Shown here in pieces: positions 1-9,104 of a DNA stretch of 64,000 nucleotides. Each line of letters opens with the position of its first letter. Position 1 is the stretch's first letter. The notes under the pieces are model-generated. The model did not search any database. It saw only the letters and a program-made list of their open reading frames with translations, and was not told the origin of the DNA. The translations under genes were made by a program, and so were the position numbers. Source of the DNA: Thermoplasmatota archaeon (lineage in GTDB: Archaea > Thermoplasmatota > Poseidoniia > Poseidoniales > Thalassarchaeaceae); assembly GCA_036336595.1 (NCBI GenBank), contig JAYZFV010000056.1, forward strand, positions 907-64,906, written 5' to 3'.

Positions 1-1181
1 CCATCGAACTGGCTTGTGGTGCCCCCCTCACTAGGGGCACCGAGAGGGTGAGTCTGGCCGATGCCGCTGACAGGGTCTTGGCCACGGACCTGGCCTCCAA
101 GGTCGACGATCCTCGCTTTGACAACTCCGCCATGGACGGCTGGGCGGTCAGGGCGGGCGATTGCGCGAGCCCCGGAGCATCTCTGCGCATCGTCGGAACC
201 AGCCAAGCAGGAACCGACCAATCCCTCAGAGTCGGTGAGGGGGAGGCGTGCCGGATAATGACGGGCGCGCCGGTTCCGGAGGGAGCAGACGCGATCGTGA
301 TGATTGAGGACTCGTCCTCAGATGATGTAAACGCCATCGTCAACGGCCCGGCTAGGCCAGGCTACATCCGAAGGAGGGGTGAGAACCTACGAGAGGGGGA
401 CACCGCACTCCTGTCGGGAACGCAGCTCACCCCCGCAGCGCTTTCCCTCGCCGCCACCATGGGATACGGCGAGATCGAAGTCGTTTCCAAGCCGAACGTC
501 GCGGTCATCAGCGTCGGCGACGAGCTAGTCCCTCCAGGCGAGCCCTTGGGGGAGGGGGCGATATACGAGTCCAACACCTTCGGCGTCGCCTCCTTGGTCG
601 AGCGCATGGGTGGCCGGGCACACCGATTCGAAGCCATCCAGGACAGCATGGACGACCTGCGCGCGGCCTTGGACGAGGCAGCGGCAAACTGCGATGCCAT
701 CCTCACCAGCGGGGGGGTCAGCATGGGGCAGTGGGACTTCGTTCGCCGAATCATGGAGGAGGAGGGGGAAGTCCTCTTCTGGAGAGTCAGGATGAGACCG
801 GGCGGCCCTCCACTTTTCGGGCTGTGGAAGGGGACGCCTCTGTTCGGCCTCCCTGGGAATCCGGTGAGCAGCCACGTGGTGTTCACCGTCCTCGTCGCCC
901 CTTGGATGTCAATCTGCATGGGTGCTCACGAGGAGCTGGGCCCAAGGCTCGCCTCCCGTGTGCGGGTGGTCTTGGAGAGCTCGCTCAAGGGAGCACCCGG
1001 CAAACTCTGCCTCCGCCGGATATCGATCCGAACCGAAGGGGATGCCCTCCTCGCCTCCACTCACACCCACCAGGGCAGCGGCAACATCCACAGCATGGTC
1101 GCGCACAACGGGCTGTCCCTGCTCGCCCCCGACACCGATGCCGACGAGGGCGAGGCGATCGACGCGCTGTGGCTCAGATGA
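1..1181 (+). CDS. moeA: Molybdopterin molybdenumtransferase MoeA (5'-truncated by window edge)
   Basis: Motifs FDNSAMDGWAV, IMTGAPVPEGADA, TSGGVSMG, FGLPGNPVS. Frame is open back to the window start. Confidence 0.93.
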   Translation, partial: IELACGAPLTRGTERVSLADAADRVLATDLASKVDDPRFDNSAMDGWAVRAGDCASPGASLRIVGTSQAGTDQSLRVGEGEACRIMTGAPVPEGADAIVMIEDSSSDDVNAIVNGPARPGYIRRRGENLREGDTALLSGTQLTPAALSLAATMGYGEIEVVSKPNVAVISVGDELVPPGEPLGEGAIYESNTFGVASLVERMGGRAHRFEAIQDSMDDLRAALDEAAANCDAILTSGGVSMGQWDFVRRIMEEEGEVLFWRVRMRPGGPPLFGLWKGTPLFGLPGNPVSSHVVFTVLVAPWMSICMGAHEELGPRLASRVRVVLESSLKGAPGKLCLRRISIRTEGDALLASTHTHQGSGNIHSMVAHNGLSLLAPDTDADEGEAIDALWLR

Positions 1182-1221
1182 GGGAGTATCGCTAAGAGCG
1201 TCCGATTCCGATTCAACGTCG

Positions 1222-2448
1222 ATGTTTCCCGAATGCATCGAGTGCAGGGGGACCAAGGGGATGTGCGGGATCGACCCATGCCCCCTGCTGGCGGAGGTTA
1301 GGGGCAGGCTCCCCCAACTGGAGCCCACCTCGGTGGGGGAGCTGTCCGGTCCGAGCCCCCCCGCCCTCTTCGTAGGCCGATACGGCTACCCGGATGTAAG
1401 GGCCGGACCTAGCGCCTCTTGGGTACCCGAGGCCTCCCAGAGCGACGACGCAACGGCAAGCGGCGACCCCGCTGAGCTCTTCGGAAGGCCACTGGAGGAG
1501 GTCGCAGCCCGGCACGCCAACCTCATCACCGGAGGCCGGAGGATGACGGTGAGCAGCACAGCCTCGCCAGACGACGTCCTCGAAGCCACCCAGGTCATTG
1601 CGATGTCCTCCGGGAGCGTGGACGTTGAGATGGACTTCGAGCGCCCCATACCGATAGGGGGGAGCCCGACTTTCGACAGCATGAGCACGCCGCTGGGCCC
1701 GTCGGGAGACGTTCTGAGGGCCGAGGTAGTCGGACATGCCAGCATTCCCCGCAAGGTGGATTCCGTGGCCGGGGAGACCGACTTGCCAGCGACCGAGGCC
1801 GCAGGCGAGCTGACCAGCTCAGGCATAGGCGAGGCGCAGATCTCACGACTGCTCTCCTCGGGGATGCTAGGGAGGGAGGGGATGAGGAAGCTCGTTCCCA
1901 CCAGATGGGGAATCACCGCCACCGACGACATGCTCTCGAAGCGGCTCTGGAGCGCTGTCAGGGACCACCCGCCGCTCGACAAGGTCCTGGTGTTCGAGGC
2001 GACCTACCTCGACAACAGGTTCCACGTCATCCTAACCCCCGGCCTCTGGGCATTCCACATGCTCGAGGCTTGGACGCGCGGCTCTGTGTGGACCGAATCC
2101 GGCAAGGTGCTGGGTGACTGGGAGGACCTCGAGCCCCGTTCGGAGTACGCTCACAGGATCACCGGGGCGTACTACTCGGCTCGACTGGCCGTGCTGGAGC
2201 ACATGGACTCCATCCGTCGTTCGGGAGCGTGCCTAGTGTGGAGGGACATCGGGCCCGGATACTGGGCCCCGGTCGGCGTCTGGCTGATCCGAGAGACCAT
2301 GAGGCAGGCGATGAGGTCCACACCGAGGTCGTTCGACTCCCTGGAGCAGGCCATAGGCCACGTCGCTCCCAGGGTCTCTGCCCCCAACGACCTGCGCGAC
2401 TCGTGGTTCGCCAGGAGGGGCAAGCAGACCAGGCTGGACGCGTTCTGA
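1222..2448 (+). CDS. nreA: Nre-family DNA repair protein with C-terminal PCNA-interacting (PIP) motif
   Basis: N-terminal CxxC-x6-C-x4-C, SPPALFVGRYGYP, RKLVPTRWGITATDD, PVGVWLIRE, C-terminal KQTRLDAF. Start moved from the ORF-track 922 to ATG 1222. Confidence 0.88.
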   Translation: MFPECIECRGTKGMCGIDPCPLLAEVRGRLPQLEPTSVGELSGPSPPALFVGRYGYPDVRAGPSASWVPEASQSDDATASGDPAELFGRPLEEVAARHANLITGGRRMTVSSTASPDDVLEATQVIAMSSGSVDVEMDFERPIPIGGSPTFDSMSTPLGPSGDVLRAEVVGHASIPRKVDSVAGETDLPATEAAGELTSSGIGEAQISRLLSSGMLGREGMRKLVPTRWGITATDDMLSKRLWSAVRDHPPLDKVLVFEATYLDNRFHVILTPGLWAFHMLEAWTRGSVWTESGKVLGDWEDLEPRSEYAHRITGAYYSARLAVLEHMDSIRRSGACLVWRDIGPGYWAPVGVWLIRETMRQAMRSTPRSFDSLEQAIGHVAPRVSAPNDLRDSWFARRGKQTRLDAF

Positions 2449-2524
2449 CGCACTCGCCCCTTTGTGGAGTGAATGAATTCAAGGACGCCCACACCCACGA
2501 TAGGCCGCAGCACGGGGTGATGCC

Positions 2525-5503
2525 TTGCCAGATTGGAAGAAGAACGGCTTCGCAAGAGACGGGTGGATCGAGATCAGGGGAGCCCGGACCCACAACCTCC
2601 AGGGCATCGACGTCAGCATTCCCAGAGGCAAGTTCGTCGTCATCTCCGGGGTGTCCGGCTCAGGCAAGTCGAGCCTCGCTTTCGATACCCTGTACGCCGA
2701 GGGGCAGCGCCGTTACGTGGAGAGCCTCAGCTCCTACGCGAGGCAGTTCCTCGGCCAGATGAAGAAGCCTGACTGCGACTCTATCGAGGGCCTCTCCCCA
2801 GCCATCAGCATCGACCAGAAGCAGGGCAGCCACAACCCGCGCTCCACGGTGGCCACGGTCACCGAGATGATGGACTACCTCAGGCTTCTCTGGGCCCGCA
2901 TCGGGCTGCCGCACTGCCCGGTGTGCGAACGCGAGGTAACCAGGAGGACCGTCCAGGAGATCGTCGATGACGTCCTCTGGCGCTTCGAGGGCCACGGCAT
3001 CGCGATCTGGAGCCCCGCGGTCAGGAACCGCAAAGGTACTCACGCCGACCTGTTCGCCGCCCTCGTGGAGCAGGGGTTCCTCCATGGCAAGGTCAACGGG
3101 AGGGAGGCCGGCTTCGAGGAGCCCCCCGACCTCGAGAAGAACCTGCGTCACGACATCGATGTGCGGGTAGACCGGATGCTGCTCCACGTCTCCAACCGCC
3201 AGCGCCTGACAGAGGCGGCCGAGTCCGGCCTGAGGCTCGGTGCCGGCTCAGTGGCAGTCGAGAGCCTGAGCGCCCCCCATCCCGGCGACGACAACTCGGA
3301 CGAGCAGCGGTTCAGGACCCAGCAGGGTGAGGTGATAGCCTACTCGGAGGAGTTCGCCTGCCCCGAGCACGGCGCCTTCATGCCGGAGATGAGCCCACGG
3401 GTCTTCTCGTTCAACAACCCGCTGGGCGCCTGCCCCTCGTGCCAGGGACTGGGGGTCCAGCGCACCTTCTCCCCCGACCTCGTGATCGACAGGACCGCGA
3501 CCGTTGGGGAGGGCTGCATCAAGCCGTTCCGACGCTCGATGATGTCCAGCTGGTACCGCAGGCAGATGACCCAGACCTGCGACCACTACGGCATCCCCAC
3601 CGACGTACCGTTCGGCGAGATGGACGAGGACGACAGCGACATCCTCCTGCACGGCACGGGCAGCACGGTCATCAACTTCGAGTTCAACTCCGAGAAGGGG
3701 TCATCGTACCGGATGGCCAGGCCGTGGGAGGGCGTGTTCGCTCGCCTGCGCCGCTCCTACACCGACTCCAGCTCCGATCGGACACGCTCCAGGCTGTCCT
3801 CTTACATGACCGACGAGCCGTCCACCCAGTGCGACGGCGACAAGCTCAACGAAGCGGTCAGCCAGGTCACGGTCGGAGGCATATCCCTTCCCGACATCTC
3901 CCGCTGCAGCGTGCTCGAGGCGCTCGCCGCGGTCCAGCACTGGCGCTTGGGGGGGTTGGACGACACCTGGGACAAGCTGGACAGGGACGTCCCGGACAGC
4001 GGGTCCGTGCGCGCCACCGCGCAGCTCGACGAGCGCTCGCTGTACATAGCAAAGGAGATCATCAAGGAGATCGAGTCCAGGCTCCGCTTCCTCGCCCTCG
4101 TCGGGCTGGACTACCTCACGCTCGACCGCCGGGCCAACACGCTATCCGGGGGAGAGTCCCAGAGGATCCGCCTGGCCACCCAGATCGGGTCGAGGCTGAC
4201 TGGGGTCATGTACGTCCTCGACGAGCCCAGCATCGGGCTCCACCCGAGGGACAACGGACGCCTGCTCGAGACGCTCCGCGAGCTCACCGAGCTCGGCAAC
4301 ACCCTCCTCGTCGTCGAGCACGACGAGGCCACTCTCAGGCAGGCCGACTGGCTGGTCGACCTTGGCCCTGGCGCGGGCAAGGAGGGCGGGCACATCGTCG
4401 TCAACGGAACCTTCGAGGAAATGATGGCCAGCGAGGCCAGCGTCACCGCCGCGTACCTCACCGGCAGGGAGCGGATCCCGATCCCCGAGGACCGCGAGAC
4501 GCCCGAGGAGGAGCGTTGGATCACCATCAGGGGGGCGCGCCAGAACAACCTGCAGGACATCGAGGTCCGAATCCCCCTCGGATGCATGATCGCGGTGACC
4601 GGCGTGTCCGGCTCGGGCAAGTCCTCGCTGGTGACCGAGACCCTGGCCCCCTCGCTGCTCCGGGGGCTGCACGGCTCCGATGCGACCCCCGGCAGGATGG
4701 ACTCGATCTCGGGCGTCGATATGGTCGACAAGGCCATCGTCATCGACCAGTCCCCGATCGGCCGGACCCCGCGCTCGAACCCAGCCACCTACACCGGAGC
4801 CTTCACCCCGATCCGCGAGCTGTTCGCCCAGACCAAGCTGGCCAAGGAGCGCGGGTACCCCCCCGGGCAGTTCTCCTTCAACGTCAGAGGGGGGCGCTGC
4901 GAGGCCTGCAGCGGCGCCGGCTCGAAGAAGCTCGAGATGAACTTCCTGCCAGACGTCTGGGTGACCTGTGAGGTCTGCAAGGGCAAGAGGTACACGAGGG
5001 AGACGCTGGAGGTCAAGTGGCGCGGCAAGACCATCCACGACGTGCTGGAGATGAGCGTCGAGGAGGCATGCGGCTTCTTCGCCAACCAGCGGACGACCCA
5101 CAGGATCCTATCCACCGTGAAGGACGTCGGCCTGGGCTACATCCGCCTGGGCCAGCCGGCCACGACGCTGTCCGGCGGCGAGGCGCAACGGGTCAAGCTG
5201 GCCACCGAGCTGCACCGACCGCCCCGCAACCACACGGTCTACATCCTCGACGAGCCGACCACCGGCCTCGCCCTCTCCGACGTCCACCAGCTGATCGACG
5301 TGCTGCTGCGCCTGCGCCGCAACGGCCACACCGTCATCGTGATCGAGCACCACATGGACGTCATCAAGTGCGCCGACTGGATCATCGACCTGGGCCCGGA
5401 GGGGGGCGAGCGCGGCGGGCTGGTGGTCGCCGAGGGGCCGCCCGACCTCGTCGCCAAGGCCCCGGGGAGCTACACCGGCCAGCACCTGGCGGGCTTCGTG
5501 TGA
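2525..5503 (+). CDS. uvrA: Excinuclease ABC subunit A
   Basis: Two ABC ATPase modules (GVSGSGKSS x2, [22 protein letters not shown] x2), Zn motifs, GGGGTGA SD before TTG. Confidence 0.97.
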   Translation: MPDWKKNGFARDGWIEIRGARTHNLQGIDVSIPRGKFVVISGVSGSGKSSLAFDTLYAEGQRRYVESLSSYARQFLGQMKKPDCDSIEGLSPAISIDQKQGSHNPRSTVATVTEMMDYLRLLWARIGLPHCPVCEREVTRRTVQEIVDDVLWRFEGHGIAIWSPAVRNRKGTHADLFAALVEQGFLHGKVNGREAGFEEPPDLEKNLRHDIDVRVDRMLLHVSNRQRLTEAAESGLRLGAGSVAVESLSAPHPGDDNSDEQRFRTQQGEVIAYSEEFACPEHGAFMPEMSPRVFSFNNPLGACPSCQGLGVQRTFSPDLVIDRTATVGEGCIKPFRRSMMSSWYRRQMTQTCDHYGIPTDVPFGEMDEDDSDILLHGTGSTVINFEFNSEKGSSYRMARPWEGVFARLRRSYTDSSSDRTRSRLSSYMTDEPSTQCDGDKLNEAVSQVTVGGISLPDISRCSVLEALAAVQHWRLGGLDDTWDKLDRDVPDSGSVRATAQLDERSLYIAKEIIKEIESRLRFLALVGLDYLTLDRRANTLSGGESQRIRLATQIGSRLTGVMYVLDEPSIGLHPRDNGRLLETLRELTELGNTLLVVEHDEATLRQADWLVDLGPGAGKEGGHIVVNGTFEEMMASEASVTAAYLTGRERIPIPEDRETPEEERWITIRGARQNNLQDIEVRIPLGCMIAVTGVSGSGKSSLVTETLAPSLLRGLHGSDATPGRMDSISGVDMVDKAIVIDQSPIGRTPRSNPATYTGAFTPIRELFAQTKLAKERGYPPGQFSFNVRGGRCEACSGAGSKKLEMNFLPDVWVTCEVCKGKRYTRETLEVKWRGKTIHDVLEMSVEEACGFFANQRTTHRILSTVKDVGLGYIRLGQPATTLSGGEAQRVKLATELHRPPRNHTVYILDEPTTGLALSDVHQLIDVLLRLRRNGHTVIVIEHHMDVIKCADWIIDLGPEGGERGGLVVAEGPPDLVAKAPGSYTGQHLAGFV

Positions 5504-5552
5504 GCGGGTGCCGGGCCAAGCCTTGAGAAGGCGCACCGCATGAGGGTGCCCG

Positions 5553-6308
5553 ATGTACCGCTCCGGCAACCCGGCGCTCAACGACTCGACGTTCGAGAAG
5601 GGCTCCTACCAGGGCGTCAACTGGTGGGACGACTACGAATCCAACCTGATGACCATCGAGGGCACCGCGGAGAAGACCGGGATCCTGCTCCTGATCACCG
5701 CGACGACCGCGCTCGCAACCGCATTCTCGATGCCGGACTCTCTTCCCCTGATCCTGGTCGGGGCCCTTGGCGGCTTCATCGTCGCGATGATGGTGATCTT
5801 CTCCGGCTCGATGAACCCGATGCTCATCTGCTCCTACGCCGCCTTGGAGGGCCTCGCCCTCGGGGGCATCACGTGGATCTTCGAAGTGGGCCTCGGGCTC
5901 CCGGGGATCGGCATCCTCGCTGCCCTCCTGACATTCCTCATCCTGGGGGTGATGATCGCGATATACAGGGCCGGGCTGATTCAGTGGGACAGGAACATGG
6001 CCATCGCGGTCTACTCCGCCCTGGGGGCGATCGTGCTGGTCTACCTCATCTCCATCATCGGGCTGTTCGTCGGCTTCGAGGTCCCGCACATCCACGGCTC
6101 GGGGCCGATCGGCATCGCGTTCTCCCTGTTCGTCGTCGGGATCGGAGCGCTGTGCCTCGTCGCGGACTTCGACTTCATCGAGAAGGGGGTGGAGAGGGGC
6201 GCGCCCAAGCAGCTCGAGTGGCGGGCCGCCTTCGGGCTCATGGTCACGCTGGTATGGCTCTACCTCGAGATCCTCAAGCTCCTAGCGAAGCTGGCCGCGA
6301 GGCGTTAG
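5553..6308 (+). CDS. Bax inhibitor-1/YccA family membrane protein
   Basis: N-terminal RSGNPAL, ~7 TM helices, C-terminal EWRAAFGLMVTLVWLYLEILKLL. Confidence 0.88.
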   Translation: MYRSGNPALNDSTFEKGSYQGVNWWDDYESNLMTIEGTAEKTGILLLITATTALATAFSMPDSLPLILVGALGGFIVAMMVIFSGSMNPMLICSYAALEGLALGGITWIFEVGLGLPGIGILAALLTFLILGVMIAIYRAGLIQWDRNMAIAVYSALGAIVLVYLISIIGLFVGFEVPHIHGSGPIGIAFSLFVVGIGALCLVADFDFIEKGVERGAPKQLEWRAAFGLMVTLVWLYLEILKLLAKLAARR

Positions 6309-6311
6309 GCG

Positions 6312-7553
6312 ATGAGCGAGTCCCGGGCCCTGGAGATGGACCGCCAGGACCCACTGGCCGCATACCGGGAGCGCTTCCACATCCCCCGGGCCGAATCGGG
6401 CGAGGAGGAGATCTACCTCAGCGGCAACTCTCTGGGCCTCCAGCCCCGCAGCATCCGGGAGGCACTGGACCAGGAGATGGGGGACTGGGCCCGGCTGGGC
6501 GTGGGGGGCCACTTCGGGGCCAAGCACCCCTGGTACAGCTACCACGAGGACCTCTGCGGTCCCCTGGGGCGGCTCGTCGGCTCCCAGGCCCACGAGGTGG
6601 TGCCCATGGGAGCGCTCACCAGCAACCTGCACCTGGCCATGGTGTCCTTCTACCGCCCGACCCGGGAGCGCCCCCGGATCCTCATCGAGGCCGGCGCGTT
6701 CCCCTCGGACCGCTACGCCGTCGAGAGCCAGGCCCGCTTCCACGGACTCGACCCCTCCGAGGCCGTGGTCTCACTCGGTGAGGAGGGGGTCCTGCTCGAC
6801 GAGGCCGAGATCGAGGCCTACCTGGAGGCGGAGGGCCCGAGCATCGCCCTGGTTATGGTCGGCGGCGTCCACTACTACACCGGGCAGCTGTTCGACATGG
6901 AGCGCATCGCCAGGGCCGCGCACCGGGCGGGCGCGACCGTGGGCTTCGACCTGGCCCACGCCATCGGCAACGTTCCCCTGCGGCTCCACGACTGGGGCGC
7001 CGACTTCGCCGCCTGGTGCTCCTACAAGTACCTCAACTCGGGGCCCGGGGGCGTCGCCGGCCTATTCGTCCACGACCGGCATTCCGGCAGCGACCTGCCC
7101 CGCTTCAACGGCTGGTGGGGCACGGACCCCGAGACCCGCTTCCAGATGGGGGAGTTCGAGGCACAGAGGGGCGCCGCCGCCTGGCAGGTCTCCAACGCCC
7201 CGGTGATGTCCATGGCCTGCCACCGGGCGGCCCTGGCCATCCACGACGAGGCGGGCATGCCCGCGCTGCGGGAGAAGAGCCTGGCCATGACCGACTTCCT
7301 TCTGGCCCAGCTGGACGAGCTCCCGGAGGGCCTCATCACCGTCATCAGCCCCCGGCAGGCCGATCGCCGGGGCTCCCAGGTCAGCCTGAGGATTCACGGC
7401 GACGCCCCCGGCCTCCATCGGGCCCTGGTGGCGGCCGGCGTGGCCTGCGACCTCCGCAACCCGGACGTGATCCGATTGGCGCCAGCCCCCCTCTACAACC
7501 GCTTCCACGAGCTCTGGCGCGTCGCCGAGATCCTCAGGGAGCATCTTTCGTGA
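6312..7553 (+). CDS. kynU: Kynureninase
   Basis: YLSGNSLGLQP, FPSDRYA, FDLAHAIGN, CSYKYLNSGPG (PLP Lys), GWWG, PLYN. Confidence 0.95.
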   Translation: MSESRALEMDRQDPLAAYRERFHIPRAESGEEEIYLSGNSLGLQPRSIREALDQEMGDWARLGVGGHFGAKHPWYSYHEDLCGPLGRLVGSQAHEVVPMGALTSNLHLAMVSFYRPTRERPRILIEAGAFPSDRYAVESQARFHGLDPSEAVVSLGEEGVLLDEAEIEAYLEAEGPSIALVMVGGVHYYTGQLFDMERIARAAHRAGATVGFDLAHAIGNVPLRLHDWGADFAAWCSYKYLNSGPGGVAGLFVHDRHSGSDLPRFNGWWGTDPETRFQMGEFEAQRGAAAWQVSNAPVMSMACHRAALAIHDEAGMPALREKSLAMTDFLLAQLDELPEGLITVISPRQADRRGSQVSLRIHGDAPGLHRALVAAGVACDLRNPDVIRLAPAPLYNRFHELWRVAEILREHLS

Positions 7554-7592
7554 GTTCAGACTCACGAGAGTCTAGGCCCACTAGGTGGGTCT
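7548..7592. repeat. Cluster of three overlapping/adjacent inverted repeats between convergent genes (possible bidirectional terminator or protein site)
   Basis: TCGTGAGT-tcag-ACTCACGA (7548-7567), AGACTC-acga-GAGTCT (7558-7573), AGGCCCAC-tag-GTGGGTCT (7574-7592, one G-T pair). Confidence 0.55.
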
Positions 7593-7598
7593 GCTACG

Positions 7599-9059
7599 CT
7601 ACAGAGTGCTGGGCCCGCCCATTGGCAGCGGGGCCAGCGGCAGGTCTCGCAGCGTCGGCCCGATGGCCAGGGTGCCGAAGATGCCTATCTCGCCGCCGAC
7701 GTTGTGCGCGAGGCCGAACCAGGCCCTGCCGTGCTGGTCGATGATGACGTCGTTGAAGTCGCCGAAGCCCCCGCACCTGTTGAACCCGCAGTCGGCGGTG
7801 GTGTCGAGGGGGTCGCCCCACGCGTTCACCTGCACCGTGGTCATCAGCGGCATCGGGCCGAAGGCGTCGGTGATGACGGTCAGGTACCCGTTCCAGGTGT
7901 CCCCGCCCGAGTCCCCGAGGTAACCGAGGGCCACCTTGCCTGCCCCGCCGGCGGTCAGCACCGGGAAGCCGGTGCCATTCAGGCCGATTGGCGGGGCGAC
8001 CATCAGCGGGTCGCTCCAGGTGTCGCCCTCGTCCCTCGAGTACGCGTAGTAGGGCATGTTGTCGAAGCCGATCCACATCGCGTGGACGTTGTCCTCGGAG
8101 TCCGGGTAGACCTGCGCCTCCTCGAAGTTCCAGGTCTCCGCGGTTCCCGTGGTCTCGGTTGGAAGCGGGTGCTCGGTCCAGGTTATCCCGCCGTTCGTGC
8201 TGCGGTAGATCGAGTAGCCCTCGCCCCCGTCGCAGCCCCTGTTGCCGCGGTAGAAGTTGCCGTTCTCGCTGCCCATGATGTGCCCGGTCAGCCCCCCGCT
8301 GTTGCAATCCGTGGGCGCCCCGGGGAGCTCGGGGCCCCAGGTCAGCCCGCCGTCCTGGCTGGCAGCGCAGACCGGGTAGGGGTAGTTGCCGTTGACGCAG
8401 AACACCCACGTGGTCTGGTGGAATGCGGCGGGGTAGGGGGCGGAGGCGATGGTCTGGTGGTCCTGCACCGACCAGCCGGTGGCCACCGAGGGGCCGGTCC
8501 AGCTCTGCCCTTCGTTGTCCGACCACTCGACGGTCATCCCCAGCAGGGCGTGCATGTCGAACTTCATGACGCGGTCCGTCCACGGGTCGACGTACACGTA
8601 CGGGTCGTTGGAGTTCGCCACCGGCAGGAACGCGCTGTAGACGTCCTCGCACGCGTACTCGCTCAGGTTGGTCATCCCGACCATGCCCGAGCACCGCACG
8701 ATCGCCGTGGAGCCCGCCGCCCCGTTGCCCCAGCTGGTCATGTAGAGGTTGTCGGAGGAGGTGACGCCGATGGTCGGCTCGAACGTGGTCATTCCGATCC
8801 CGTAGTATGTGCCGACGGCGCAGACGGGCGCGTTGTTACCCACCAGCACCGAGCTCCCGTTGAGCACGTTGGAGGCCTTCGTGGCGTCGGTCGCGTTGGA
8901 GTAGTGGTACCAGGTCGTGTTGCTGATGAGGCCCCCCGACGCCTCGCACAGGGTGTCGAAGACGTTGACCTCCTCGACGACCTCCTCGTCCTCCCCGAAG
9001 CAGCCCGAGAGGGAGGCCAGTATGAACAGGGAGACCATGCCGCAGGCTGCGACGCGCAT
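7599..9059 (-). CDS. Predicted lipoprotein with BNR/Asp-box repeats (sialidase-like beta-propeller)
   Basis: Signal peptide ending LSGC. Asp-boxes SDNEGQSW, SQDGGLTW, STNGGITW, SRDEGDTW. Confidence 0.75.
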   Translation of the reverse strand: MRVAACGMVSLFILASLSGCFGEDEEVVEEVNVFDTLCEASGGLISNTTWYHYSNATDATKASNVLNGSSVLVGNNAPVCAVGTYYGIGMTTFEPTIGVTSSDNLYMTSWGNGAAGSTAIVRCSGMVGMTNLSEYACEDVYSAFLPVANSNDPYVYVDPWTDRVMKFDMHALLGMTVEWSDNEGQSWTGPSVATGWSVQDHQTIASAPYPAAFHQTTWVFCVNGNYPYPVCAASQDGGLTWGPELPGAPTDCNSGGLTGHIMGSENGNFYRGNRGCDGGEGYSIYRSTNGGITWTEHPLPTETTGTAETWNFEEAQVYPDSEDNVHAMWIGFDNMPYYAYSRDEGDTWSDPLMVAPPIGLNGTGFPVLTAGGAGKVALGYLGDSGGDTWNGYLTVITDAFGPMPLMTTVQVNAWGDPLDTTADCGFNRCGGFGDFNDVIIDQHGRAWFGLAHNVGGEIGIFGTLAIGPTLRDLPLAPLPMGGPSTL

Positions 9060-9104
9060 GTAATCCCGGCTGAGCCCTGCCTACATCAGTCCAACGGAGC
9101 CGCG

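Noticed and set aside
922..1221. 100-aa N-terminal extension of Nre overlapping moeA
   Set aside because: Low-complexity off-frame read of moeA. Family similarity begins at the Cys cluster after ATG 1222.
3439..6781. Long alternative-frame ORFs (3439-4971, 5540-6781) rich in Arg/Pro/Gly
   Set aside because: Off-frame products of high-GC uvrA, BI-1 and kynU coding sequence.
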